A stretch of DNA of 64,000 nucleotides from Paraspadella gotoi (Eukaryota > Animalia > Chaetognatha), in the NCBI GenBank assembly GCA_051294375.1, contig CM119266.1, positions 19,913,657 through 19,977,656 on the forward strand, read 5' to 3'. Under the pieces are notes generated by a model. The model was not told the DNA's origin. It did not search any database and saw only the letters and a program-made list of their open reading frames with translations. The position numbers and the translations under genes are program-made. Below are positions 26,410-40,300 of the stretch, piece after piece (position 1 is the first letter of the stretch; each line of letters begins with the position of its first letter).

Positions 26410-26800
26410 TCTGAAAATGTCATCTCACGAACTAAAAAAGTACTAAATCTGTTTGATTCAGCTTTACCGTGTTCCTTTCCCTCGCAGATTGGAACGAAGG
26501 TGTGTTTGGGGATCGATGGGATTTTGTTGTCGAGTTGCGCAAAGAGCAACTGGCTATTTTGTTCAAATTGAGCCTAAATAAACGAAATTATTTAAAATAA
26601 TAAAAAATACTGTTATCTCTCCCAAAGAAGTAAATATCAAATTTGAATGGAATCTCTCCCCGTAGGAACCTCGAAAACAAATTCGTCTTTGACGAAATAG
26701 AGTTTGGGCGCGTGACCGGTGAGCAACATCTTGCCAAGCGCGTCCTTGCGGTTGAACTCGGCCCAACGCGCGTCGTAGAGCTCTTCGTCCGGCGCCTCGG
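20929..26800 (-). CDS. SPAG17: Second copy of the 3' exons of the SPAG17-like gene (likely alternate haplotype), truncated at 26800
   Basis: Near-identical to 45014-50190. Cleaner frames for several exons (terminal exon ~20929-21092, PapD-like exon ~22285-22409, 22904-23451, 23830-24060, 25900-26200). Broken inside the ..EAPDEELYDARW.. exon at 26800. Confidence 0.7.
23650..23811 (-). mobile_element. Helentron-associated (HINE/DINE-1-like) short element; duplicate at ~47725-47884
   Basis: Minus strand reads T-run, AGCAACTCTATAAGTCAC, then a (GGTC/TGTC/CGTC)n tetranucleotide tract, and ends in a GC-rich segment before a T-run. Related remnants at ~12680-12750 and ~22585-22630. Confidence 0.5.
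25284..25820. mobile_element. Foldback/MITE: near-perfect whole-element palindrome in a SPAG17 intron
   Basis: Ends TGTAGCTGCCTAATTGAACATAAC...GTTATGTTCAATTAGGCAGCTACA. Arms of ~225 bp meet at an 11-nt spacer (25584-25594), with a ~75-bp extra segment in the left arm. Absent at the equivalent site in copy B (~49230). Confidence 0.9.
26287..26409. repeat. (ATT)n microsatellite in a SPAG17 intron (duplicate ~49690-49800)
   Basis: Direct reading; explains the poly-Ile ORFs. Confidence 0.97.
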
Positions 26801-29800
26801 GTATTCAATAACGGGTTATATTTGATAACGAAATTTATTAATTTTTCAAACGGTGGTAATTTTTTTTCATCATGTAGAGCTGAGGAGACAAACATCTTGT
26901 TTAATAAATCATTTTAACATAATTTATGAACACAAATTTTAGAACTAAACTCAAACGCAACGACAAAACAATAATGACCACCAATTTTAAGGAATTGTTC
27001 GAAAAGTAGCAGGACATGGTAAGACTAGTAGCGTGAGAATGATCGTCGACGTTTCGATTTTTTTAGGTGCCCTCGGATTATCTTGTCGCCGACGCCGAAG
27101 CCGAAGAGGATCCCGAGGCGTCCTCGATGGCGAGGAACCATCCCCGCCTGGACCATCGAACAAACTCCCAAAGCGACGTCAAAGTTGGCGGGGCTCAAGA
27201 CGACGAAGATTACTTTGACGAGGACGACAACGACGCCGGAGACGTCAACGGCGCCATCGTGATCTCGAAGCGCCACCTCCCGAGAGGAGACGTCGGACGC
27301 ACATGGACGGAACGACGGTGGTTACGCTAGACAACGGGTCTCGTCATCTTGGAACCGGACGGAGGATTCTGGTGCTGGGCAGAGGTTAGAACTTTTAGAT
27401 CGTGGATGGTGTGGTAGAAGTCGTTTAAACGTTTGCTTTCTGGGATCGTCCGCTATGATCCTTTACCCCCTTCTCAATTTCTCCTTCTGTTCCCCCTCCT
27501 CTCTTTATCCCGCAGTGGAGTACAAGTCAGACTTGTTCAAGCCTCTCGCCGAACTCGTCACTTGTCTCGTTTGGCGACGACGTCTTCTCCGTGCAACTCC
27601 GAATTTCCTGGGGAGGATTCCAGCTTACGCAGCTCCGCCGCGACGGAGGGCACTGCCGACAGCCATGTCGAGAGAGTAGAAGGGACGACGAATCGCAACC
27701 TCAATAAGACGTCGCGAAAGAAGGCAAAAGGAGCGAAGAACCGTACACCAGGCGTGAGAATAAAAATAAGTCTTTTACATGAAACAGAGGAGAGGTAGTC
27801 GTCATGACGAGGACTTTCTGTAACGGATGTATTACGGCGGACTACGCGCTTGATATACATGTTGAGAAGGACGTTTCGATCAGGATCTAGAACCCTTAAC
27901 CATTGGCCGTTCGGTGATGAAGAATTGACCATTGCGCTGTTATAGTAATCGTTATAATAATAATAATAATAATTACGTCTACATGGTATTTAGCTATTTC
28001 TCACTTATCTTGTATTATCGTATCTTCTCTTTTGGGTTTATTTGATTAATAATTTATACATTGAATGCCCTGATCCTATTCAAGTCATCGAGCTCTTTGA
28101 CGAAGACGTCCCGAGGAGTTCTTCGACCCCACCACCTGGCTGCACGTTCGCCTGGGACGGGACGCGCGAGGCCAGTTTCCGGGGATGGAAGGTGGATATG
28201 GATCCTCTCGACTCTCTGACGAAGAGGTTGTACCCGGATGAGTACGCCGTCATTGAAGTCTCGAGCGAATCGACGGGCTGAAGATCCTCTTCAAGAGAAC
28301 GAGACGGTGAAATCCATCTCGGGGTTGGCGTCGGCGTTAATTGGACCAAGATATCGAAATTTGCTTGAAAGATAAGATGCATGGGTTAAATAGTTTGAAT
28401 GGCGAATTTTTGACTTGAGAGGTCCTTAAAATTGTCTAGGTCTCTTTGAAAAATCTTATTATGGAAAGGGTCCATATTGAGGCCTCAATAAGGAGGGAGC
28501 AATGGGCAATCGACCACGGAAAAACACAGGGAACGTGTAAGAGAGGGGAAGGTCATGTTGCTTCTACATGCTTTTGACAGTGAGTCAAGGGGGATGGAAG
28601 GGCCACTGGGCAGCTTAAAGCTAGCTGCGCCTGGAAAAGCTCTCTGCTCTTATGAGTCCTTTAAGGTAAGGAAGCCAAGTACTCTTGAAGTATAAACTAG
28701 ACTGAGAGTGGTCTTTTAAAGGTCTTGCTATGTTATCAATATTATCTTGTGAAAGGCCTAAAGCCACCATAGCCTGTCGATGACAAGATGCTTAGTTATT
28801 GAGTGAATGAACAAATTTTATATGATGGTACAAATATCGGGCGACCGAGGTGGGTGGCGAGAGACGCTGGCAGGGAGGAGAGGAAGTGACAAGGCCCTCC
28901 CACGATTGAGTTGTACGTGATCAATTTTAAGCGGAGTTTTAAGTCAAAGTTTGGGTTGCAGGTCGTCTCTCACCATTTCGACACAACCTTTGTCAAAACG
29001 GAAAATCTCATCAATGGTTCCGTTCAAAGGGTCGGTTTCAGAAAAAAAAAAACAAATATGACAATTTTTTAGATGAGTGTTTATAACTTATCTTCACTTT
29101 TAATTTCTCTTTTTGATCCCTCGCTACCCGCGAAAGACGTTCGCTGCCAAAGTTATGCGAGCATAGCGATCCTGCAGAAGCCTTTTGTTTGGCGTCGCGT
29201 GGAACATCAGGTGGCGACGCGTTACGGTCTTTTTCTGATGCGATGACAAAACAAAAGTCCATTTCCTCTTCGCTTAGGTCGTGTGGAACGCGCAGCTAAT
29301 AACGAGTCACCCTTCGCGCTTAACAATGTCGTCGTTCTGACGAATCACGATGATATCGCATTCGTCGAGGCAACGCATCATGGAGGAACGCGCTCGCACT
29401 TTGGGGGATCAGGGCTTTTACTGCCAGAAGCCACCGATCAAGGCAGGGGCCATTTATAAGACGTATAACATTATCATAACGTCACATACATTAACGGAGT
29501 AATTGTAAAATTCATAAAATTCATGTGATTTACAACAGCAGCCGCAGACTCATTCAAGCTCCTGCTTACCACATTTTGACAATCGGGTGCTCTTCGATGC
29601 TCTCGCCTATGAAAGATCATCCATACAGACCGTCTAGGCAACCAGTTCCTCGTCAGACTCGACGCGTTCCATCCAATTCATTCGAAGCCCACCCCCACCC
29701 ATCGCTAGCCCAAGGTATTTTCTTTCCTGTTAGAATTTCGACGAGTTTAACACTGTTTTACACGAATCGCGTTCCCATTTTAATTGCGTGGTTGTGAAAA

Positions 29801-30420
29801 CTATACAATGGTTTTGAACTTGTAGTGTAAGCTATTAGCTGATGGGAAATATCCGTGACCTACGTAGCTACTTTGCTACAAAGATATTTTTACATTGTTA
29901 AACCAGCGTAGAAAAAAAAACTTTATTTCTTAGATTTTATACGTGAAAAAAATGTTAGCCTTTTGTTTTGACTTTAGACGTCATCTTGCTTGTACTGAAA
30001 CAACCATGTTTAATTCGAATAAAACGCATATATAATAAATGCGTCTATTTTATACTTAAGACAACGCGTAACCGAGTTTATCCAGGCTGCACGAGACGCA
30101 GGTTCACCCGGAGAGTGGAACGCCCACGCAAATATGCACGATCTGAGAAATAACGACACATCAGCTGAGACGGAGATAGACGTTTCCAGATATGATTTTA
30201 AGAATCTAATTCTCGTCGCTTTGCTTCTTTCAGTTGGTGTCTTCCTTGGAGATGCCTGTTGAAACCTTACGATTATAGGTCAGGCACTTTTTTTTTTTAT
30301 TGTCTGAATTTTTATATGCATTTGCGAATTGCGATTTACAACGTCTTTCCAACCGCCCCCCCACTCTCCCCGCGGCTCTTGTCAGCGACGACGAAATCTC
30401 CGAAACGGAGACGGCATACG
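26799..30420 (+). other. Inverted copy of the middle SPAG17 exon block (reverse complement of ~50190-55775)
   Basis: Same peptides (EYKSDLFKPLAELVTCLV; DMDPLDSLTKRLYPDEYAVIEV; VSDDEISETETAY) occur on + here and on - at 50190-55775. Lacks the insertions seen at 50995 and 54417. Confidence 0.85.
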
Positions 30421-30579
30421 NNNNNNNNNNNNNNNNNNNNNNNNNCAACAGGCATCTCCAAGGAAGACACCAACTGAAAGAAGCATAACGACGAGAATTA
30501 GATTCTTTAAAATCATATCTGGAAACCTTCTTCCGTCTCATGCTAATATTCACTCATGATTTTCATTGATATATTTAAT

Positions 30580-33500
30580 GGGTATTCAATAACGGGTTAT
30601 ATTTGATAACGAAATTTATTAATTTTTCAAACGGTGGTAATTTTTTTTTCATCATGTAGAGCTGAGGAGACAAACATCTTGTTTAATAAATCATTTTAAC
30701 CATAATTTATGAACACAAATTTTAGAACTAAAACTCAAACGCAACGACAAAACAATAATGACCACCAATTTTAAGGAATTGTTCGAAAAGTAGCAGGACA
30801 TGGTAAGACTAGTAGCGTGAGAATGATCGTCGACGTTTCGATTTTTTAGGTGCCCTTCGGATTATCTTGTCGCCGACGCCGAAGCCGAAGAGGATCCGAG
30901 GCGTTCCTCGATGGCGAGGAACCATCCCGCCTGGACCATCGAACAAACTCCCAAAGCGACGTCAAAGTTGGCGGGGCTCAAGACGACGAAGATTACTTTG
31001 ACGAGGGACGACAACGACGCCGGAGACGTCAACGGCGCCATCGTGATCTCGAAGCGCCACCTCCCGAGAGGAGACGTCGGACGCACATGGACGGAACGAC
31101 GGTGGTTACGCTAGACAACGGGTCGTCGTCATCTTGGAACCGGACGGAGGATTCTGGTGCTGGGCAGAGGTTAGAACTTTTAGATCGTGGATGGTGTGGT
31201 AGAAGTCGTTTAAACGTTTGCTTTCTGGGTCGTCCGCTATGATCCTTTACCCCCTTCTCAATTTCTCCTTCTGTTCCCCCTTCCTCTCTTTATCCCGCAG
31301 TGGAGTACAAGTCAGACTTGTTCAAGCCTCTCGCCGAACTCGTCACTTGTCTCGTTTGCGACGACGTCTTCTCCGTCAACTCCGAATTTCCTGGGGAGGA
31401 TTCCAGCTTACGCAGCTCCGCCGCGACGGAGGGCACTGCCGACAGCATGTCGAGGAGTAGAAGGGACGACGAATCGCAACCTCAATAAGACGTCGCGAAA
31501 GAAGGCAAAAGGAGCGAAGAACCGTACACCAGGGTGAGAATAAAAATTAGTCTTTTACATGAAACAGAGGAGAGGTAGATCGTCATGACGAGGACTTTCT
31601 GTACGGATGATTACGGCAGGCTACGCCTTGTAGTCACATGTTGAAAGGACGTTTCGATCAGGATTAGAAACCCTTAACCATTGGCCGTTCGGTGATTGAA
31701 GAATTGACCCATTGCGCTGTTATAGTAATCGTTATAATAATAATAATAATAATTACGTCTACATGGTATTTAGCTATTTCTCACTTATCTTGTATTATCG
31801 TATCTTCTCTTTTGGTTTATTTGATTAATAATTTATACATTGGAATGCCCTGATCCCTATTCAAGTCATCGAGCTCTTTGACGAAGAGACGTCCCGAGGA
31901 GTTCTTCGACCCCACCACCTGGCTGCACGTTCGCCTGGGACGGGACGCGCGAGGCCAGTTTCCGGGGATGGAAGGTGGATATGGATCCTCTCGACCTCTG
32001 ACGAAGAGGTTGTACCCGATGAGTACGCCGTCATTGAAGTCTTCGAGCGAATCGACGGCTGAAGATCCTCTTCAAGAGAACGAGACGGTGAATCCATCTC
32101 GGGGTTGGCGTCGGCGTTAATTGGACCAAGATATCGAAATTTGCTTGAAAGATAAGATGCATGTGGTAAAGTAGTTTGAATGGCGAATTTTTGACTTGAG
32201 AAGGTCCTTAAAATTGTCTATGTCTCTTTGAAAAATCTTATTATGGAGAAAGGGCCATATTGAGGCCTCAATAAGGAGGGAGCAATGGGCAATCGACCAC
32301 GGAAAAACACAGGGAACCGTGTAAGAGAGGGGAAGTCATGTTGCTTCTACATGCTTTTGCAGTGAGGTCAAGGGGAGCTAGGGCCACTGGGCAGCTTAAA
32401 GCTAGCTGCGCCTGGAAAAGCTCTCTGCTCTTATGATGTCCTTTAAGGTAAGAAGCCAAGTACTCTTGAAGTTATAAACTAGACTGAGAGTGGTCTTTTA
32501 AAGGTCTTGCTATGTTATTCAATATTATCTTGTGAAAGGCCTAAAGCCACCATAGCCTGTCGATGACAAGATAGCTTAGTTATTGAGTGAATGAACAAAT
32601 TTTATATGATGGTACAAATATCGGGCGACCGGGGGGTGGCGAGAGACGCTGGCAGGGAGGAGAGGAAGTGACAAGGCCCTCCCACGATTGAGTATGTACG
32701 TGATCAATTTTAAGCGGAGTTTTAAGTCAAAGTTTGGGTTGCAGGTCGTCTCTCACCATTTCGACACAACCTTTGTCAAAACGGAAAATCTCATCAATGG
32801 TTCCGTTCAAATGGTCGGTTTCAGAAAAAAACAAAAAAATATGACAATTTTTTAGATGAGTGTTTATAACTTATCTTCACTTTTAATTTCTCTTTTTGAT
32901 CCCTCGCTACCCGCGAAAGACGTTCGCTGCCAAAGTTATGCGAGCATAGCGATCCTGCAGAAGCCTTTTGTTTGGCGTCGCGTGGAACATCAGGTGGCGA
33001 CGCGTTACGGTCTTTTTCTGATGCGATGACAAAACAAAAGTCCATTTCCTCTTCGCTTAGGTCGTGTGGAACGCGCAGCTAATAACGAGTCACCCTTCGC
33101 GCTTAACAATGTCGTCGTTCTGACGAATCACGATGATATCGCATTCGTCGAGGCAACGCATCATGGAGGAACGCGCTCGCACTTTGGGGGATCAGGGCTT
33201 TTACTGCCAGAAGCCACCGATCAAGGCAGGGGCCATTTATAAGACGTATAACATTATCATAACGTCACATACATTAACGGAGTAATTGTAAAATTCATAA
33301 AATTCATGTGATTTACAACAGCAGCCGCAGACTCATTCAAGCTCCTGCTTACCACATTTTGACAATCGGGTGCTCTTCGATGCTCTCGCCTATGAAAGAT
33401 CATCCATACAGACCGTCTAGGCAACCAGTTCCTCGTCAGACTCGACGCGTTCCATCCAATTCATTCGAAGCCCACCCCCACCCATCGCTAGCCAAGGTAT

Positions 33501-33945
33501 TTTCTTTCCTGTAGAATATCGACAGTTTAACACTGTTTTACACGAATCGCGTTCCCATTTAATTGCGTGGTTGTGAAAACTATACAATGGTTTTTGAACT
33601 TGTAGTGTAAGCTATTAGCTGATGGGAAAGTATCCGTGACCTACGTAGCTACTTTGCTACAAAGATATTTTTACATTGTTAAACCAGCGTAGAAAAAAAA
33701 ACTTTATTTCTTAGATTTTATACGTGAAAAAAATGTTAGCCTTTTGTTTTGACTTTAGACGTCATCTTGCTTGTACTGAAACAACCATGTTTAATTCGAA
33801 TAAAACGCATATATAATAAATGCGTCTATTTTATACTTAAGACAACGCGTAACCGAGTTTATCCAGGCTGCACGAGACGCAGGTTCACCCGGAGAGTGGA
33901 ACGCCCACGCAAATATGCACGATCTGAGAAATAACGACCATCAGC
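30580..33945 (+). repeat. Tandem second copy of the 26799-30170 block
   Basis: Begins with the same GGGTATTCAATAACGGG end, is near-identical apart from single-base indels, and lies between two 25-N gaps. Confidence 0.9.
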
Positions 33946-34367
33946 NNNNNNNNNNNNNNNNNNNNNNNNNTCAGATCGTGCATATTTGCGTGGGCGTTCC
34001 ACTCTCCGGGGGAACTTCGTCTTGTGCAGCCTGAGATAAACTCGGGTTACGCGTTGTCTTAAGTTTAAAATAGACGCATTTATTATATATTGCGTTTTAT
34101 TTCGAATTAAACATGGTTGATTCAGTACAAGCAAGATTGCGTCTAATGTCAAAACAAGGAGGCTAACATTTTTTTTACGTATAAAATCTAAGAAATAAAG
34201 TTTTTTTTTCTACGCTGGTTTAACAATGTAAAAATATCTTTGTAGCAAAGTAGCTACATAGGTCACGGATACTTTCCAATCAGCTAATAGCTACACTACA
34301 AGTAGAGCCAAACTTCGTCAATGGGGTGGGTCAGAAGAGATAGATAATGTATGCCCTATATTTTGAA

Positions 34368-37300
34368 ATGATATCATTACAGTAATGCGGTAAGTTAAAA
34401 AAAAGGTACAATCATTTATAATCACAATTTAAATAATCGTAAACTTAGAGAATATGATAAATAAATAATTCGTTATATGAACAAAAACTGACGCAATTAG
34501 CATTAAGGAGATATGATAAGAATTGCGCAAAAGAAGAATTGCATTGCCTAATGCTATTCACCCTGTTTTTTTTTATTTGGCTGGACCAGCCAGACCTATC
34601 GAGTCGAAAGGCTTCCAAGTTTTCCATCTTAAAAATTGAAGAGTATTCGCCTCTCGGGCGGCAGAATTCGCATAGACTGTAAGACCCTTAGTCAAACTGA
34701 ATTTTTGGGGACCCATTATTTTTTTTTTTTCCTTCTTTATCAAGAATTATTACTCAAAAATCTTGGGTTATGTGAGACTAAGCTTTAAAATTAGAAAAAG
34801 TAAAACGCCAAATACATGATACAAAAGATAGGAGAAATTCCAGCGGTTTAAGTTGTAATACGTAGGAATCGTTAGAAAGCTAATTCATTCATAAACTCGC
34901 TATTTTACATTTTTTAAAAAAAGCTATATAAGTTTAAAACTCAGTTAGCTTCTCCACTCGACCCGGCGCCAAACCCGCTCGCTCGCTTCGCACCCGTCGG
35001 GGCCAACCTCCTTTTTCTTCTTCTTACTTTTCGCTCTTTTCTCTCTTTTTTTTTTTGTTTTTTATCAGGCGAAAATTCACTGGAGGGCGACGTACGCGAC
35101 GGCCCCACCAAGTTCCGCCATTTTCCCGCCAAGACGAATTAAAGCAGTTTGGTTTGTTTTTTTTTTTCTTTTTCGAGGACATATAAACATTCCAAGGGAA
35201 TAAATGTATGGCGATTTGGGTCAACGTTTGAATTGAGATAAACGAGAAGCTGAAGCATTTTAGAACAACAACGACAAATCACAGTCGGGGGGAATGGTAA
35301 GAAAAGTTTAAGGCGTTCAAGTTGTAATAGCATTTTTATAACGTATATTATATGATAGTATAATATGTAATATTATATAGTAGCCCGCAAATTTTTTAAT
35401 CTTGCGAATCTCTAACAAAAAAGAAAACGGAAAAAGACTGGCAGATGCGATAGACTGACGGGACAGATAAACAAAAGCAGTTTGTCGACGGAAGTAACTG
35501 TTGCAATCGAAAAAAAACCGCGGGACGTCCTTTCAAAAATCCAAATGATTCTTGGAAAGAATAAATTCCTTGTCTCGCACAATATTAAGAGACTTGTGAA
35601 GAGAGAAGAGAGAAAAGAGAGAGAGGGAGAGAGGGAGAGGGAGAGGAAAGCAGAGACAGAGGGAGAGAGAGAGAGAGAAAGCATTTCCCTAAGAAATTTT
35701 AATTCACACCCAAAATGCGGTCACTTTTTTCTGCTTGTTTAATGATGTTTTTTAAATTAAAAAATTGCGCTGAGATTCGTGTGCTTTGTTTTTACTCTCT
35801 CTCTCATCTCTCTCCTCTCCTCTCTTTCGGCGATGCCGCTCTCTCCTCTCTCCAATCCCGGAGTCCGTCTGGACTCTCGTCACCCTCGCGCTCGGCCTCC
35901 TGACCCCCTCTCCTCCGCAGCTTTGACCGCGTGCTCGCTTTCTGCGTCATCTTCCCCTCATTCCACTCATCACCCCCTCTCCCCTCCCCCTCTCTCGCTC
36001 TCAGTTACTCTCATCCCATCCCGTCTTTCTCATCCTCCTCTTGCGCCGACTCTTACTTTCCCTCTCTCTCTCACAAACGCGCCTGTTTCCAACATCTCCT
36101 ACTTCACAAGCTTCTCTTTCCTTTTCGCACCACTATCAGGCCACCACGCACACCTTTTTTATTTATCGCTGGATATATCGAGGCCTGTTTGGGCTTTCAG
36201 TGTTGCCCAGGTTTGGAGACCTCTTAAATGAGCGTTCGTATTGATAGAATTTCATGTGAGTTCATATGTTTGTAATCCTCAGGCTATCTGATGAGTGCTA
36301 ACGTGTTCGTACGAGCTTCACAGGCTAGGATTGATCGTATTTTGTATTTAGTTATATTTGAAATCTATGTAATGATCTGAGACTTTATAGTGACAATCAC
36401 GTTTAGAATCTCGAGAATGAAGAGATACCTCTGCAATTCATCTTTTAGTTCTCAATTCTTATACTTAATTCGTATAACCAACAGAAGATTACGGAATTGA
36501 TTTCAGTAATAAATATAAGTATAATAAATGAGATATCCTCCCCTCCGCCTTTCCGACAGCATATGGGATAACTTTGGGAATATAGTTAGTTATATATAGA
36601 TTTTGTCTACATTTTTTTAAATTATTTTTTAGTATTTTATTTTTAATTATTTTCAGTCGTTCGTTTTTCGAATTAAGTCAGAATAAAAAAACACACAATT
36701 TAGGGTTAAATTCTAGCTATTTTAAAAATGTTAAATCAATATTATCAAGTTTCTTTCTTCCTGGCTTAAAGAAACCTTACAAATAAATGAAAACCTTAAG
36801 TAATTTTTCGGTTCATTTCATTGCATTCATTTCATTCCAACATTCTATCGATTAAAGACTGTTTTGCGTTTCGGTTGTTTTGTCCTGTTGGGCGTCATAA
36901 CAATTTCTCCCTAATCAATTTGTTTCTCCAAAACGATAGAGAAATTAAAAAGTTAATAGAAATTGATTCAAACTTGATGTGATTGGTAAGAACTAATAGT
37001 AGGTAAAAGGAGCTTCTTTTCTAGAAGTTTGGTAATAATTTTAACTTACTTAACAACATTGGTTGGTTCTTTTCTGTTATATTTAAGTTTAAATGAAGAA
37101 GCCATTTTGTTTAAAAATATCGGCAAACTACTTTCGCTTTTATAAATCGGGATTTTCCTGGGCGGCTGAGGCTGAGATTGAAGAAACGACTTTTCCTTAT
37201 GGTGACTCAAAAGTCAATGGCGAGTTAAGGTTAGATGTTGATAACTGAGAAGTGAAGGGTGATGATATCAACGTGAGCAAGTTGACTTTCGAACACAAAC

Positions 37301-40300
37301 GGCCCGTTTCTTCTTTGAGACCTTTAGATGAATCATTAACTTTAGTGGGGAAGATTCGGTATTGGATTCTTGTGGGATAATGGTATTTCTCGGTTACCAG
37401 AAATCAGTGGTTAAAAGCATCATCATCATCGGTCTCTTTATCATCATGCATCATACACCGGATTTCGACGAATTCACTACAAGATATTCCCAAGGAACGT
37501 TTTAGAAAATGATATCATCGTCTCGCGATCGTTTTTTCAACTGCACTTCTGTGTTCTCCGCCCGTTAATCTTATCTTCTCTCTTACTCTCCTTAATGCCC
37601 TTTTTGATTAACAACGAATACATCCTCTCCGATTGTTTTTTTTTCTAATTCTTGACCCTTCCCTTTCGTGACCCGCCAAAATCTGGTGGGGAGAGATGGG
37701 GGGAGATGGGAAGAGATGGGGGACGAGGGAAGAGATGGACGGGAGATGGGAAGAGATGGGGGAGAAGTATGGGGGAGAGTTTTTATGTTTAACAGCCTCG
37801 CTAAATCGGGGACTAGTCTTCTTCTCTTTGTAATTGGTTTTTCTTCCGCGTTCGGTGCTCGGTCATCGATGTGCTTAGGTATGGTGTAGTGTTTTCTTTT
37901 AAATGCCGAAATATTGTAGCTGTAATAAATTTGATCGTAAACAGTTTCTAGACATTCGTATTTCTTTGGCAGTAACACCAATTTGATAAATTTTTAAATT
38001 TTAAAATGAGTTTATATTACTTTTAGGTATATTAAGTATTTAGTTTCGGCGCTGCGTAAGAAAAATGGAGACACACTTCTTTTCTAAAAATAATCTCGTA
38101 TGGTATTCGATTCTGTACATGTCTAACATCAGATTGTGCAGGGCCAGTTAGGGATAAGACTAATAAGTAGGGAAGGTTGCATGTAGCAACGCACTAAGTA
38201 GACGCCCTACTAGCATAGATAAATGTGATAGTATGCTAGCCCCACTCATCAATTACTAAGGTAGATACAGCGTATACTTACGCACCAGTCTTTGGCTCAG
38301 CGAGGCTAGAGTTTATAAGATAGAACTGTATTGGACCGAACGAGTAATAACAACCTTTGTCCCTTTTTGTCATATAGCGACAGCATGTATCATTTTATAT
38401 AAGACAGTTTATACGCGCCTAAAAGTTATAGACGTCATTTGCTCGTAGTGCCATATTAATCTATTCATTATTTATCTGTTTGTATATCCACGTGTTATAT
38501 GATGTTTATATTCGCGCAATTAAGAAACATCAACTCACTGTTGGAAGAAAGCTTGACTGGCCACCTCGCTCATTAATCTGCATATGATCGACGAGTCGAG
38601 GTATATTATAGTGGTCATCCGATCAAGCAGAATCGTGTGGCCGTGTTTTAGGAAGGTAAGATATGCGCGGAAGACACCGCGGTAGAATAGAGTCATGTTA
38701 GTTCAACCGAGCACGAGTTGATCAAATGAATGACATGTGAATAGTAGTGCAGGTGCTTGCTGTTATTGAGGTTTCATTCCCGGTATACCACATGGAGTCC
38801 CCGTGCATTCTCGCTGTTGATTCATTTGCACCAATCATATTGTGCCACTCGGGCAGCATTCTTAGCCGACCTTATCTCTAGAGACGATTATGACGACGCA
38901 CAGACCGGGACGACCACGTCGTCGTGAATATATTGATTGTGTCTGATGTTGTTCAAACTCTATAGACTAAAGAACCACGGTACACAATTATTTGTTTAGG
39001 AGTAGAAGCTAAACATGTCAAGTACAGAAAAAATGTATATACTGTTGAGTCAGACATAATATATGCTTCTCGCAGTCTACTATTAGAGAGAGATAGCGAT
39101 ATCATATACCGTGTGTTTACAGATAATTATGATGAATTTTATTATATTTGGTGAACTTATATTAATTTATTAAAAATTTGCTTAAAATGTTTTAATACTA
39201 ATATGGAATATACAGTATAACTATAAAAATTAAGGATAGTGGTCGTATGATCAAATGAAATTGGTAACAGGCGAGTCAAATGTAATTCAATAGTACAATT
39301 ATCCCAGTAGTTGACTCTATTAATATAATATACAGCTCGACATAATGAATACATCATTGGATAATTATAATTATAAGAGATTACTTAACTTATATATATT
39401 GTTCTCAAATTGTTATCCCAATCTACTTTATAACAGAGCGCTTCTTTTTCGTGTGTATTATATATCATATATCTGACATATATCAATAAGAATTCTATGA
39501 AGGAAGTTTGTTTTTATGTAGAGCAACTTTGAAGTATTGTCCAGCTATGCCGAACGATAAATGCAGAAAGGCTTGAATGAGGACTTTGGGATCAATGAGC
39601 TTTTCGTATAGTTCTTTTATCTTTTGTTTCGTCGGGTATACGAAGCGAGGTGGATATTCAGCTTATAAAAATTATTTGTATAAGATTAGAATAGATTTAA
39701 TAAAATATATGTACAATTTTTTGTGAATTCGTATATGTAGCATCACAGTAATCACCGGTCGCCACTGTATATGGAATTGGATATTGACAACACCGTATGC
39801 AGACAAGAGCTAACAATACACATGGGGAAAAGGATTAGCCAAACAGCGTCCTTCTTCCCCTCCATCCTTCGATCTCTCTCGTATACAAGTGTCCTCTATC
39901 ATCTACCTCTCCCAGTCAGACTGCAGTAAAGTGATGACCACAGTCGTGCCGATCTAAGTAATATCTGTTCGAGTCGATCCTCGTCGTCTTCTCGACTCCC
40001 TCCGCTACCCTCCTCCCTCATCTCTTCTCCTCGGTACCAACCAGCACCGCTCGGACGTGAATCTTGATCGATGAATTATTATGCAGATTTTTCGCACACG
40101 AGATCTCATGAGCCGAGAGTCAAGCTGGGTACACTAGCGTTAATCTGTATGCCGCACAGAGTAAGCAAAGAAAGTTCGATAAATTCACTTGTGTCGCTAT
40201 AGTCGAGAGGTCATCGAGTTTTGTTCCCTATCTTCGTCGGTTAAGTGAATATAAAGCTTTAGATGTACGACTAAAGGTGTATCATTAGTTCGAGCGGCGC

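Noticed and set aside
22900-30400. Giant transposon or viral cargo suggested by clustered unknown ORFs
   Set aside because: The ORFs are exons of the SPAG17-like gene; no transposase, integrase, polymerase or capsid motifs were seen.
30183-30525. Inverted repeat around the gap at 30421-30445
   Set aside because: Produced by juxtaposing opposite-orientation pieces of the same locus; the same occurs at 33946-33970.
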